From positions 19,846 through 83,845 of the forward strand of contig JAJRVD010000025.1 of assembly GCA_024277375.1 (NCBI GenBank): a stretch of 64,000 bases of DNA, read 5' to 3'. This stretch comes from Candidatus Omnitrophota bacterium (GTDB lineage Bacteria > Omnitrophota > Gorgyraeia > Tantalellales > Tantalellaceae). The position numbers and the translations under genes were made by a program. Under the pieces are notes generated by a model. The model was not told the origin of the DNA, made no database searches, and was given only the letters and a program-made list of their open reading frames with translations. Shown piece by piece: positions 31,986-41,881 of the stretch. Numbering within the stretch: position 1 is the stretch's first letter; every line of letters starts with the position of its first letter.

Positions 31986-33239
31986 TTATAAATACTCTTC
32001 AACTTTCTCTATCGTAACACTTACCGCTCCGGTATTTTCCTCTATAACTTTCCGCGCGCCTTCCGCCGCGCGGTCACGTTTTTCTGGATCATTCAAAAGT
32101 TCCTCTGTTAGATCCTTAAGGTGCCTTTTATCCTTTACCCGGAAGGCTGCGTTATGCTCCAGGAATATATCGGATACTTCGCGAAAATTAAACATATGCG
32201 GACCGAAAACAACTGCCTTACCCCATCTTGCCGCTTCAATCGGGTTCTGTCCTCCCTTTTTCACAAGACTTCCGCCAATAAAAACCACGGTAGCTATACC
32301 ATAAATATCCTTGAGATGACCTATCGTGTCGACGAGCAAAACATCGTAACCTGTGTCTTCAGCACTGCCTGATAAACAGCGACACTTTAGCCCCTCTTTT
32401 TCAACATGGATCTTTATGGCTTCGGCTCTCTCAATATGCCGTGGAGCTAAAACAAGTTTCAAATTCTTCCTGTCAGCTTTGAGGTCCTTATAGATGTCGA
32501 TGATCTCGTTCTCTTCGGGACAATGGGTGCTACCCGCGACAACGATCTCATCATTGGCATTAAAGCCCCACCGTTCCCTACCTGGTACCGCGTCGAAAGG
32601 AACGGGATCTTTTTCGTCAAATTTCATATTGCCGGTAACAAAAACTTTTTCTGACGAAGCGCCTAATTCCTGTATTCTTTCAGCATCCCGATCGGACTGC
32701 ATACAAAAACAACTAATACCCTTGAGAATACGCCTGGTTACAAACCTTATCTTCTTGTAATTCTCAAAGGACCCATCTGATATGCGACCATTAGCAATAA
32801 CAACCGGAACATCCTTCGAATACAATTCTTCCAGGAGATTAGGCCAGAGCTCCGTTTCTACCATCACATACAAACGAGGTTTCAAGAGACGTACCACACG
32901 AGCGGTTACCATCCTCATGTCTATCGGATAGTAAAATACGGCATCGACATTGCCGTTGGCAAGTTTTCGTATCATATTATTCCCGGTCTGTGTAGTTGTC
33001 GACACTATAACCGGAGTGTCTTTAAACTTACATTTGATGTCCGCGGCCAATTTTGCCGCCAAGGCCGCCTCCCCCACGCTCACCGCGTGTATCCAAACAG
33101 GATTGGAGAGTATCGTAACCTCTCTGGGCAAAAATCCAAGCTTTTGAAAAAAATCCCGGTGGGCTTTTCGCTTTACCAGAAGATACGGAATGTAAAAAAT
33201 GCTGAAAATTATAAAAAACAGATCGTATATTAATCTCAT
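31986..33239 (-). CDS. waaA: Kdo transferase (start adjusted to MRLIYD)
   Basis: WIHAVSVGE, ETELWPN, GNMKFD, APRH, GGQNPIE. Confidence 0.95.
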   Translation of the reverse strand: MRLIYDLFFIIFSIFYIPYLLVKRKAHRDFFQKLGFLPREVTILSNPVWIHAVSVGEAALAAKLAADIKCKFKDTPVIVSTTTQTGNNMIRKLANGNVDAVFYYPIDMRMVTARVVRLLKPRLYVMVETELWPNLLEELYSKDVPVVIANGRISDGSFENYKKIRFVTRRILKGISCFCMQSDRDAERIQELGASSEKVFVTGNMKFDEKDPVPFDAVPGRERWGFNANDEIVVAGSTHCPEENEIIDIYKDLKADRKNLKLVLAPRHIERAEAIKIHVEKEGLKCRCLSGSAEDTGYDVLLVDTIGHLKDIYGIATVVFIGGSLVKKGGQNPIEAARWGKAVVFGPHMFNFREVSDIFLEHNAAFRVKDKRHLKDLTEELLNDPEKRDRAAEGARKVIEENTGAVSVTIEKVEEYL

Positions 33240-33317
33240 AGTAGCCTTGTCGGCGAATAGTCGTTGGTAAATAGTATTGGACCGGCTCAAGACTATTCAC
33301 CATAAACCATTCACGCG

Positions 33318-34193
33318 CTACGCGCGTGGATGTGCTTTCGAGTATATCTCTTTTATACGTTTTGAACCGAGATGCGTATATATTTGTGTTGTCGATAAAT
33401 TTTTATGACCTAAAAGCTCCTGCACACTCCTGAGATCCGCGCCATTATTGAGCATATGGGTCGCGAATGAATGCCTGAGCGAATGCGGTGATATTTTTTG
33501 TTCTATCCCGCATTTAGTTATATATTTGTCAATAACTCGCCTTATGCTCCGATCAGTAAGGCGCGTGCCCCTCGCGTTAAGAAAAAGAGCTTTTACGGAA
33601 TCCTGCCCCTCGAGGCTTCTTTCTTTCAGATAATTCCGTAACGCGCTCCCGGCTTCCGATCCCAACAAGGTAAGCCGCTCTTTTTTTCCCTTACCTTTAA
33701 CTTTTGCCACTCCCGAGAGAAGATCCACATCCTGCTGATCTAGCTGAACCAATTCACTAACACGCATCCCCGTTGAATACAATATCTCCAGGATAGCCCT
33801 ATCTCGCAATCCAAGGATATTATCCGACAATGGCGAGGTTATAAACTTAAGCATCTTTTCGGTATCCAAAAATTCCGGCAAACGCCTATCCAGCTTTGGA
33901 GTAAAAATGCTATCCGCCGGATTTTGTGTTAAATATTTTTCCCTAAAAAGAAATCTAAAAAAAGAGCGTATCGCTCCCAGCTTTCTTACAACCGTACGTT
34001 TGGCGCAATTTCTCCCTTTAAGCTCCGCTAGGAAACGCCTGAGATCAAGGTGAGTTGTTTTTCTAGGATCTTTATCGTCCAAAAAATCAGCAAGCTCATT
34101 AAGGTCTGTCTTATAACACCGTAATGTATGCGCTGAATAGTTCTTCTCTATATCCAGATAAGAAACGAACTTCACAACGAAACGTTTCATCAT
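33318..34193 (-). CDS. xerC: Tyrosine recombinase XerC
   Basis: RDRAILEILYSTGMRVSE, HSLRHSFATH, LGHKNLSTTQIYTH; downstream of topA. Confidence 0.9.
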   Translation of the reverse strand: MMKRFVVKFVSYLDIEKNYSAHTLRCYKTDLNELADFLDDKDPRKTTHLDLRRFLAELKGRNCAKRTVVRKLGAIRSFFRFLFREKYLTQNPADSIFTPKLDRRLPEFLDTEKMLKFITSPLSDNILGLRDRAILEILYSTGMRVSELVQLDQQDVDLLSGVAKVKGKGKKERLTLLGSEAGSALRNYLKERSLEGQDSVKALFLNARGTRLTDRSIRRVIDKYITKCGIEQKISPHSLRHSFATHMLNNGADLRSVQELLGHKNLSTTQIYTHLGSKRIKEIYSKAHPRA

Positions 34194-36346
34194 TATTCAC
34201 CCTTCACGCCGCCATCACCATCTCCATTCTCTTTCTCGTCGGCAGCCGGAAGTGTTTTGGTAATAAACGTACATTTCGGATACTTCGTGCATCCATAGAA
34301 TGCGCCCCTTCGGGATCTTCGTTCTATAAGCTCACCATCACAGTCTTCGGTAGGACATTTAACTCCACTCGTTATCGATTTTGAGAACTTGCATTCAGGG
34401 AACGTTGAACAACTCATAAAACGTCCACGACGACCCCATTTTATCACAAGGGGCTTCCCGCACTCGTCACAAAACTCATCAGTCTCAATATCTTTGTGTT
34501 TGACCTTTTTTATGTTTTCTTGCGCCGCTTTAAGCATTTCCGAAAAGGGCCCATAAAAATCTCTCAATACGGCAACCTTGTCAATTTTCCCGTCTTCAAC
34601 ATCATCCAACTCATCCTCCATACCGGCCGTAAACGCGTCATCAACAATTTTCGGAAAATGCTCTACAAGTAATTTGTTTACCAACTCACCCAGTTCTGTC
34701 GGCTGCAAACTTTTCCCCAAACGCTTAACATAATTACGACGAATTATCGTTCTTATCGTAGGGGCGTATGTTGACGGTCTTCCTATCCCTTTTTCCTCAA
34801 GAATTTTAACGAGAGAAGCGTCCGTATAGCGTGGAGGCGGCTTAGTAAAATGCTGCCCCGGGATCAATTCCTCAAGATCGGTTTCTTCCAAAACTTCCAA
34901 CGGCGGCATCTCCGCCATATCCTCGCCTCTTTCTCCGTCATCAATATAAACACGAAGAAAACCGTCAAATTTGAGCTGCGCGCCACCGGCTTTAAACCTG
35001 TAGTCCCCCGCGTCAATACTGACGCTCAAAACAGAATAAAGCGCGTTTGTCATCTGGCTCGAAACAAATCTCTTCCATATAAGTTTGTAAAGCTTGATCT
35101 CGTCGTCATTAAGAAAAGGGGCGACATCGTCCGGATGACGAATGGGCAGTGTCGGCCTTATAGCTTCATGAGCTTCCTGGGCTCTCTTTTTTGATTTGTA
35201 TACCGGCGGCTTTTCCGGGCAATATTTGTCCCCGTACTTGTCCTTGATATACTGACGAACTTCCACTTGCGCGTCCTGAGAAATACGAACTGAATCTGTA
35301 CGCATGTATGTTATTAAACCTACGCTCCCCTCAGAACCCAGTTCAACCCCTTCATAAAGACTTTGCGCTATTCTCATGGAATTTGAAGCCGAAAAATTCA
35401 GTTTATTGAAAGCGTCCTGCTGCATAACAGAAGTGGTATATGGTGAACGCGGATAACTCTTTTTCTCTTTGCGGCTCACACTGCTCACTATAAATTTTTC
35501 TTTTTCTATCTCTTCGACTATTTTATTTACACTTTCCTCGTTTTGAATATGTATTTTTTCACCCTTGTGTTTTGCCAGCTTAGCTTCAAATGTAAGAGGC
35601 CCGTTATAACCCTCGGGGGGTGCTATTTTTTTCTTAAGACGCGCGACTAAACTCCAGTACTCCTCTTTTACGAAATTTTTTATATCCTCTTCCCTGTCTA
35701 CTATCAACCGAACAGCTATAGACTGCACTCTTCCGGCACTTAAGCCCCGTGTCACGTTTTTCCATAAAATGGGACTCAGTGAATACCCCACAATCCTGTC
35801 CATGATCCTTCTGGCCTGCTGGGCATTCACTTTCTCCATATCTAAAGTACGCGGATTTTCGAAAGCCTTTTTAACCGCTTTCGCCGTGATCTCATCGAAA
35901 CTTACTCTGTAAATTTCCGGATTTTTAGAATCGAGTTCATTTTTTAAATGCCAGCAAATAGCTTCCCCTTCTCTATCCGGGTCAGCCGCGAGGTATATTG
36001 CCTTTACAACTTTAGCTTCTTTCACCAGGCTGGTAAGATACTTTTTTCGCCCCTTCATAACCAGATATTCAGGCTCAAAATCCTTTTCAAAATCTATACC
36101 CATTCGGCCGGCGGGCAAGTCTATAATATGCCCCATGCTCGCGAGAACTTTGTATTCCCTACCCAGGATCTTATTTATAGTTTTTGATTTCGCCGGTGAT
36201 TCTACAATAACCAGATAGCCTGACCTTTTCTTTGGACTAGCCTTTCTCTTCGAAACGGCCTTTTTCTTAGCAGTGGTCTTTTTTACAGCTGGTTTTGCGG
36301 ATTTCTTTTTTGTATCCGATGTGGTTCCCTCTTTCTTAGTCGGCAT
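34193..36346 (-). CDS. topA: DNA topoisomerase I
   Basis: IVESPAK, DPDREGE, SAGRVQS, ITYMRTDS, C-terminal zinc ribbons. Confidence 0.97.
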   Translation of the reverse strand: MPTKKEGTTSDTKKKSAKPAVKKTTAKKKAVSKRKASPKKRSGYLVIVESPAKSKTINKILGREYKVLASMGHIIDLPAGRMGIDFEKDFEPEYLVMKGRKKYLTSLVKEAKVVKAIYLAADPDREGEAICWHLKNELDSKNPEIYRVSFDEITAKAVKKAFENPRTLDMEKVNAQQARRIMDRIVGYSLSPILWKNVTRGLSAGRVQSIAVRLIVDREEDIKNFVKEEYWSLVARLKKKIAPPEGYNGPLTFEAKLAKHKGEKIHIQNEESVNKIVEEIEKEKFIVSSVSRKEKKSYPRSPYTTSVMQQDAFNKLNFSASNSMRIAQSLYEGVELGSEGSVGLITYMRTDSVRISQDAQVEVRQYIKDKYGDKYCPEKPPVYKSKKRAQEAHEAIRPTLPIRHPDDVAPFLNDDEIKLYKLIWKRFVSSQMTNALYSVLSVSIDAGDYRFKAGGAQLKFDGFLRVYIDDGERGEDMAEMPPLEVLEETDLEELIPGQHFTKPPPRYTDASLVKILEEKGIGRPSTYAPTIRTIIRRNYVKRLGKSLQPTELGELVNKLLVEHFPKIVDDAFTAGMEDELDDVEDGKIDKVAVLRDFYGPFSEMLKAAQENIKKVKHKDIETDEFCDECGKPLVIKWGRRGRFMSCSTFPECKFSKSITSGVKCPTEDCDGELIERRSRRGAFYGCTKYPKCTFITKTLPAADEKENGDGDGGVKGE

Positions 36347-37475
36347 TAAACACTCCCTTATTTGATCGTAAGTCCTTGCGAACGAAATTCTTACCTGCTT
36401 GTGCTTTCACTAACCCCTTTATTTCAAGTTTCATTAATATCTCCGATAACTTTCTGGGGTCAGTACTCGAACTTGCCGAAAGCTGGTCTATATGCAGTGG
36501 AACTTGTTCTTCCAGCATGCCCAGGACACCTCTTTCCTCTTCCCCAAGTCCATACATAACTAAAGATTCTTCCTTTGTTTTTACATCAATGTTTTGCGGT
36601 GCGGATATTTCAAATTCTTCCAGAATATCACCAACATGTAACACCAGTTTGGCACCGTTCTGTATAAGACGATTAGTACCCCTACTTGTAAGTGAATCCG
36701 CCCTTCCGGGAAAAGCAAAAACCTCCCTACCCTGGTCAAGCGCGAAATCAGCTGTTATCAAAGCGCCGCTTCTTTCGGCAGCCTCAACAACTACTACGCC
36801 CCTGGCCATGCCTGAAATTATCCTATTCCTTCTGGGGAAAGACGATTTACTCGGCATAGTATCGGAAGAATACTCAGTAATAACCGCGCCGTTGTAAGCT
36901 ATCGTCGAGACAAGTTTTTCGGATCCTTTGGGATAAATATGTCTGAACCCGCTTCCCATAACGGCAATTGTGCGCCCTCCCGCTTTTATTGCCCCTTTAT
37001 GCGCGGCCTGATCTATGCCTTTGGCCATACCGCTGATAACGGTTACACCCTTTTTAGCAAGATCAAATGCCAACCTTTCCGCCATCTTAAGCCCATACAA
37101 AGAACATCTTCGAGGCCCCACTATCGCCACTGCCTCAGCGTCGACCGGCCTCAGACTTCCCTTGCAAAAAAGCACGGGCGGCGGATCATAAATATTTTTT
37201 AAAGATTCCGGATAAGCTCTATCAAAACAACATATCGGATGGATGTCTTCCGAATCCATATAAGTCATTTCCTCCGCGTAAACTCGCGACTTTCTTACAT
37301 CCGACATCTGCTCTATCCCTCCGTAACGCAATCCTGTTAGCTCTGCCAGGCGAGCGGGAGCCAGCGAAAAGATCTCTTCGGTATTCTGAGTGTTTTTCAA
37401 TAACGTCATTATTCTTTTGGGACCAAGCCCTTCCAATAAATTCAAAGCCACTATATCCCGACATGTTTTATTCAT
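36336..37475 (-). CDS. dprA: DNA processing protein DprA
   Basis: SGMAKGID, FPRRNRIISG, VEAAERSGALITA. Confidence 0.95.
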   Translation of the reverse strand: MNKTCRDIVALNLLEGLGPKRIMTLLKNTQNTEEIFSLAPARLAELTGLRYGGIEQMSDVRKSRVYAEEMTYMDSEDIHPICCFDRAYPESLKNIYDPPPVLFCKGSLRPVDAEAVAIVGPRRCSLYGLKMAERLAFDLAKKGVTVISGMAKGIDQAAHKGAIKAGGRTIAVMGSGFRHIYPKGSEKLVSTIAYNGAVITEYSSDTMPSKSSFPRRNRIISGMARGVVVVEAAERSGALITADFALDQGREVFAFPGRADSLTSRGTNRLIQNGAKLVLHVGDILEEFEISAPQNIDVKTKEESLVMYGLGEEERGVLGMLEEQVPLHIDQLSASSSTDPRKLSEILMKLEIKGLVKAQAGKNFVRKDLRSNKGVFNAD

Positions 37476-37536
37476 ACATCACCCACTCCTTCACTTTAAG
37501 CCACAGAGCGCTTTATGCCTTAACACCCCTGTCATT

Positions 37537-37655
37537 CAGACTGTGTCATAATGTAGGGGCTTGATCCATCAAGCCCGTTATATCGGGTTCGATGAATCGA
37601 ACCCCTACAATATACTGTATGCGGCCACCCGCAAAACGAATTACGACACAGCCTC
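37537..37655 (+). mobile_element. Full-length 119-bp element A with ATT duplication, in a GTCATTGC...GCAATCTC repeat
   Basis: GTC-ATT[CAGACTGTGTC...GACACAGCCTC]ATT-GCAAGG...GAAGCAATCTC. Confidence 0.85.
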
Positions 37656-37787
37656 ATTGCAAGGCCTGCAAGATAGAAGCAATCTCTAGATGATATCCTT
37701 CGACTCGGCCTCGCATGTCTCGACTTCGCTCAGGATAAATTCGAAATACAATTTATGTTCGCTTCGCTCCATAAAATGTTTCTTCAT

Positions 37788-39302
37788 TTAAAAGACTCCT
37801 TTTCTGACCATATCAAGAAATATATCCGTAAGCCGGGGGTCAATTTTGTGACCTTTTTCATTTTCCATTATCGCTACCGCCTCATCGATAGAGAACTTTT
37901 CGCGATATGGCCTGTCTGCAGTTAACGCCTCATATATATCGGCTATGCTTAATATCCGCGCTTCCAGTGGGATCCGCCATCCCTTTCGTCCTTTAGGATA
38001 ACCCGAACCATCAAAATTTTCGTGGTGATTTACAATGATAGGTATGGTCTTACGCAGAAAATAGATCAGCCGTGCCATCTCGGCACCCCAGTAAGAATGC
38101 ATCTTCATCTGTCGAAACTCATTTTTTGTCAGCTGTTCTTTTTTGAACAAGATACTCTCTTCTACACCCAACTTCCCTATATCATGCAGAAGCGCTGCCA
38201 CTTTAAGCCTTTCTGTCTTCACTTTACTCAGTTTGATCTTTTTCGCCAGACTGGCGGCAAAGGTCTTAACCCTAGCAGAATGTTCAGCCACCCATGGCTC
38301 ACTTCTCATGCCGGCATCGAACAGTATACCCATCATTTCAAGATGCGCCGCATGCAGCTCTTTCGATGAAAGAGTATGACTTTTCGCGCTACTATCTACC
38401 GGATCCTCCTTTTCTCTTCCGACAAACATATAAAACACGGTTTTCTCTTCTTTTATGGGCACCACCAACCAGGAGATATATTTCCCGGAGACACCGGACG
38501 CGACAACAGGCATATCAAATTTAAAAAGCCTGTTTTTTCTTTTCATCTCTTTATTTATTTTCCACGCGTCGCCTCGCGCAGATTCGGGTATTATACCATT
38601 GATCCAGGACCGATTCATGATATCGTTTTCAAGAAGAGAGAACGCGGTTAAATATTTTTTGTTCACAAAAACAACCTGACCTTCGTTATCCACGAGCATT
38701 ACAGGGTATTTTATGTTCTGCAGCAATCTTTCAGAAAAATAACCCCAAAGAACGGTATTCTCTTCTAACCCCCGGCCTCTACCCTGTCGTCCTTCAAGGC
38801 GGTTACGCATAATATTCTTCACGCGATCTAAAACGATCGTAAGATCGAGTCCCGTAGTATCTATGTGATAGTTCGCTTTCTTGTAATATGGCCGACGATA
38901 TTCCAGAAGTTCTCTTATCATTTTCCGAGGATCATCAACTTCAAGAAGCGGCCTATGCGCATATTCTTTCGTTCTATCGTATATGGCGTCAACATCAGCC
39001 CATAGACATATAACAACACCAGTCCTACGAAGATCCTTCATATTTTGCCGATTCAAAACTACTCCACCGCCGGTGTCGATCACCTGATCCAATTTTGCCG
39101 AAACCTCTTTTACAACTTCTCGCTCGACCGTTCTGAAATATTCTTCACCTTCATCTCTGAAAATATCAGAAATAAGTTTGTCCTCCCGTATCTCTATGAG
39201 ATTGTCTACACTGACGTATTCCTTGCCCGTATCGTGAGCAAGCGCTTTGGCGATCTCGGTTTTCCCGGATCCCATAAAGCCTACAAGTACAATATTTTTC
39301 AT
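37788..39302 (-). CDS. aroK: Shikimate kinase fused to PAS-like and HD-GYP domains
   Basis: GFMGSGKT, GEEYFR, TGGG, RPLL; then LHDIGK, HHENFDGSGYP, DIYEALTADRPYR. Confidence 0.85.
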   Translation of the reverse strand: MKNIVLVGFMGSGKTEIAKALAHDTGKEYVSVDNLIEIREDKLISDIFRDEGEEYFRTVEREVVKEVSAKLDQVIDTGGGVVLNRQNMKDLRRTGVVICLWADVDAIYDRTKEYAHRPLLEVDDPRKMIRELLEYRRPYYKKANYHIDTTGLDLTIVLDRVKNIMRNRLEGRQGRGRGLEENTVLWGYFSERLLQNIKYPVMLVDNEGQVVFVNKKYLTAFSLLENDIMNRSWINGIIPESARGDAWKINKEMKRKNRLFKFDMPVVASGVSGKYISWLVVPIKEEKTVFYMFVGREKEDPVDSSAKSHTLSSKELHAAHLEMMGILFDAGMRSEPWVAEHSARVKTFAASLAKKIKLSKVKTERLKVAALLHDIGKLGVEESILFKKEQLTKNEFRQMKMHSYWGAEMARLIYFLRKTIPIIVNHHENFDGSGYPKGRKGWRIPLEARILSIADIYEALTADRPYREKFSIDEAVAIMENEKGHKIDPRLTDIFLDMVRKGVF

Positions 39303-39326
39303 ATGCTCCCTTTTACATACTTTTTA

Positions 39327-39504
39327 GGCTTGTGCAAAACGCTGTTTTTTTTCAATCAGCCTGTGTCATGATGTAGGGGCTTGATTCATCAAGCCCGTTA
39401 TATCGGGTTCGATGAATCGAACCCCTACAATATGTTGTATGCGGCCATCCGCAAAACAAATTACGGTACAGCCTGAATGACGAGAATTCCATTTTGCACA
39501 AGTC
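39327..39504 (+). mobile_element. Intact composite B[A]; A at 39357-39475 (AAT duplication), B flanked by a perfect 14-bp direct repeat
   Basis: TTACATACTTTTTA[GGCTTGTGCAAAA...TTTTGCACAAGTC]TTACATACTTTTTA. Confidence 0.9.
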
Positions 39505-40632
39505 TTACATACTTTTTAGTTGCTCCAAATATCCCTCGTAATTCCGGCGGATCTCTTTCATGGAGTCTCCGCCAAACTTCTCTAAAAATACGGCGCCAAT
39601 TTCTATAGCCACAGCCGCTTCGGCGATAACACCGCAAGCCGGAACCGCGGTTACATCAGAACGCTCCGTAGCGGCTTCCGCTTCCTTCTTCGTATCGATA
39701 TCAACAGTTTTTAACGGACTTGCCAAAGTCGCTATGGGCTTCATAAAAGCCTTTACTACAACCGGAGCTCCATTCGTAACTCCGCCCTCTATTCCTCCGG
39801 CATTGTTAGATTCTCGCGTGAACATTCTCCCCAAACTATCATATCCTATCGGATCATGCGTGAGCGAGCCCTTTCGCTACGCGCATTCTATTCCCTTTCC
39901 TATCGAAACCGCCTTTACCGCGGGTATTGCCATAACGGCACGTGCTATCCGACCATCCAACCTTCTGTCCCACTGCGCGTATGTCCCCAATCCCGGAGGG
40001 ATTTCAAGTACCGCGATCTCGATGGTACCACCCAAAGTATCACCGCAAATTTTCGCGTTATCAATGATCTTACGCATACTTTTCGCGGCATTCTTGTCCG
40101 CGCATCTAAGATCTGAAACTTCAGCGATCTTTTTTATTTCATCAAAGAAAAGTCCGTCGGTTTCCGCCTCGACGTTTCCTATCGCGGTAACATGGCTCAT
40201 TACATCAATACCAAATTCTTTAAATATCAATTTCGCGACAGCACCAACAGCGACTTTTATCGCTGTCTCTCGTGCCGAGGCTCTCTCCAGAACATCCCGG
40301 GCGTCTCCAAGAGCATATTTCTGCACACCGGCCAGATCGGCATGTCCGGGACGAGGACATTTTACATCAGGAAGTTTATCGATCTTATGATCCTTATTGC
40401 GTATCAAAAGCCCCACAGGACTGCCTATAGTAAACCCGCCTCGAATGCCGGTCACTACTTCGACCTTATCCCTCTCGATCTTCATCCGGCCGCCTCTACC
40501 ATACCCTACCATACGCCGGGTGAGCTCTTTGTTGATGAATTCTTCATCCATTTTGAGACCCGCGGGCACGCCGTCCAAAACCGCCATTAATCCCTTGCCG
40601 TGGGATTCTCCCGCAGTCATATACCTTAGCAT
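39505..40632 (-). CDS. aroC: Chorismate synthase, interrupted by one in-frame TAG at 39877-39879
   Basis: TAGESHG, PRPGHAD, ERASARET; read-through GIECA*RKGSLTHDPI...NNAGGIEGG, KPIATL, ERSD. Confidence 0.92.
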
Positions 40633-40729
40633 GGCAAACTCCTTTTTTTCGTATTCCGGATATCGTCAAATCAATGGGGATCAGACCTGCCCCAAAGTCT
40701 TTGCCACCTCTTCTCTGTCATCGTGTCGT

Positions 40730-40793
40730 GTAGGGGTTCGATTCATCGAACCCAATATAACGGGCTTGATAAATCAAGCCCCTACATTATGAC
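40730..40793 (-). repeat. REP doublet with a stub of the element A TIR
   Basis: GTAGGGGTTCGATTCATCGAACCC...GGGCTTGATAAATCAAGCCCCTAC ATTATGAC. Confidence 0.8.
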
Positions 40794-40828
40794 GAAGCTA
40801 TCACTATAAACACCACTCTCCTACGTAA

Positions 40829-41593
40829 CTAAATTAAAAAATAACCTAAGATCGCATCGCCGTACAATAAACTTATTATCGCCCCTAACGCCAGATAGGG
40901 GCCGTACGCGATAACGTCTTCCCTATGCTTAAGCTTCGCGAAAATACCTACACCGGAACCCATAACCGGCGCGAGAAAAAAAGTAAGAAGTATTAATTTC
41001 CATCCGAGGAACGCTCCAAGCATGGCCATCAGTTTCATATCTCCACCGCCTAATGCCTCTTTTTTGAACAAAACTTCCCCTAAAAGAGCCAGGAGAAACA
41101 TACTGCCGAATCCGGTTACCACCCCCAGTGCGGAATTAATAAACGCCCCCAGCGTTGTCGCGGAACCGTCTAATCTCAACACCGTCATAAGAATAAGCCC
41201 GACGGCTATCCCCTGCAGGCTCAAACAATCGGGTATTTCCTGAAATTCCAGATCAATGAACACAATAACTATCAGCACACATGTTAATGTCCAATAGACA
41301 AAAAACGCGCTGCCCAACGGGTAATAGCGCAAAATGAGCATCGCGCTTAAAGCAGTTACCAGCTCAACCACAAAATACCTTTTAGATATCTTTTCCCCAC
41401 AATGACGGCACCTGCCCCTGAGCGATAAAAAACTTATAAACGGCACATTATCGAACCATCCGATAGTCTTCCGGCATTTCGGACAATAAGAACGAGGTCC
41501 GACTATAGACTCATTCCTCGGTATGCGGTAAATACATACGTTAAGAAAACTCCCTATGATAGCTCCAAAAATAAAAACGATCAAATATTCCAT
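40829..41593 (-). CDS. pilD: Prepilin peptidase/N-methyltransferase (A24A)
   Basis: GSFLNVCIYRIP, CPKC...CRHC, GGGDMKL, YGPYL. Confidence 0.93.
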   Translation of the reverse strand: MEYLIVFIFGAIIGSFLNVCIYRIPRNESIVGPRSYCPKCRKTIGWFDNVPFISFLSLRGRCRHCGEKISKRYFVVELVTALSAMLILRYYPLGSAFFVYWTLTCVLIVIVFIDLEFQEIPDCLSLQGIAVGLILMTVLRLDGSATTLGAFINSALGVVTGFGSMFLLALLGEVLFKKEALGGGDMKLMAMLGAFLGWKLILLTFFLAPVMGSGVGIFAKLKHREDVIAYGPYLALGAIISLLYGDAILGYFLI

Positions 41594-41690
41594 AGTTTAG
41601 TGCTCCATGTTCCGTAGGAGCGGCCTCCGGCCGCGAACAACACGTCGTACATCGCATAGCGTACATCATACAGCGTGTTCTCCTGTCATT

Positions 41691-41805
41691 CAGACTGTAT
41701 CATAATGTAGGGGCTTGATTTATCAAGCCCGTTATATCGGGTTCGATGAATCGAACCCCTACAATATGTTGTATGCGACCATCCGTAAAACGAATTACGA
41801 CACAT
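41691..41805 (+). mobile_element. Element A (right tip eroded) inserted in a GTCAT...GGATCT-family repeat that ends near 41880
   Basis: GTCATT|CAGACTGTATCAT...TTACGACAC|ATCCTTAACCGAGG...GCCGAGTCAAAGGATCT. Confidence 0.78.
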
Positions 41806-41881
41806 CCTTAACCGAGGACATCGTTCCCGAGTAAGTCCCGGGACCAGAGGTTCTCGGGAAAGGGCCGAGTCAAAGGATCTC

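Noticed and set aside
33318-34193. xerC as the mobiliser of the repeats, or as a prophage/island integrase
   Set aside because: It is a typical housekeeping XerC in dprA-topA-xerC context with no att sites or cargo; TIR-plus-duplication elements point to DDE enzymes
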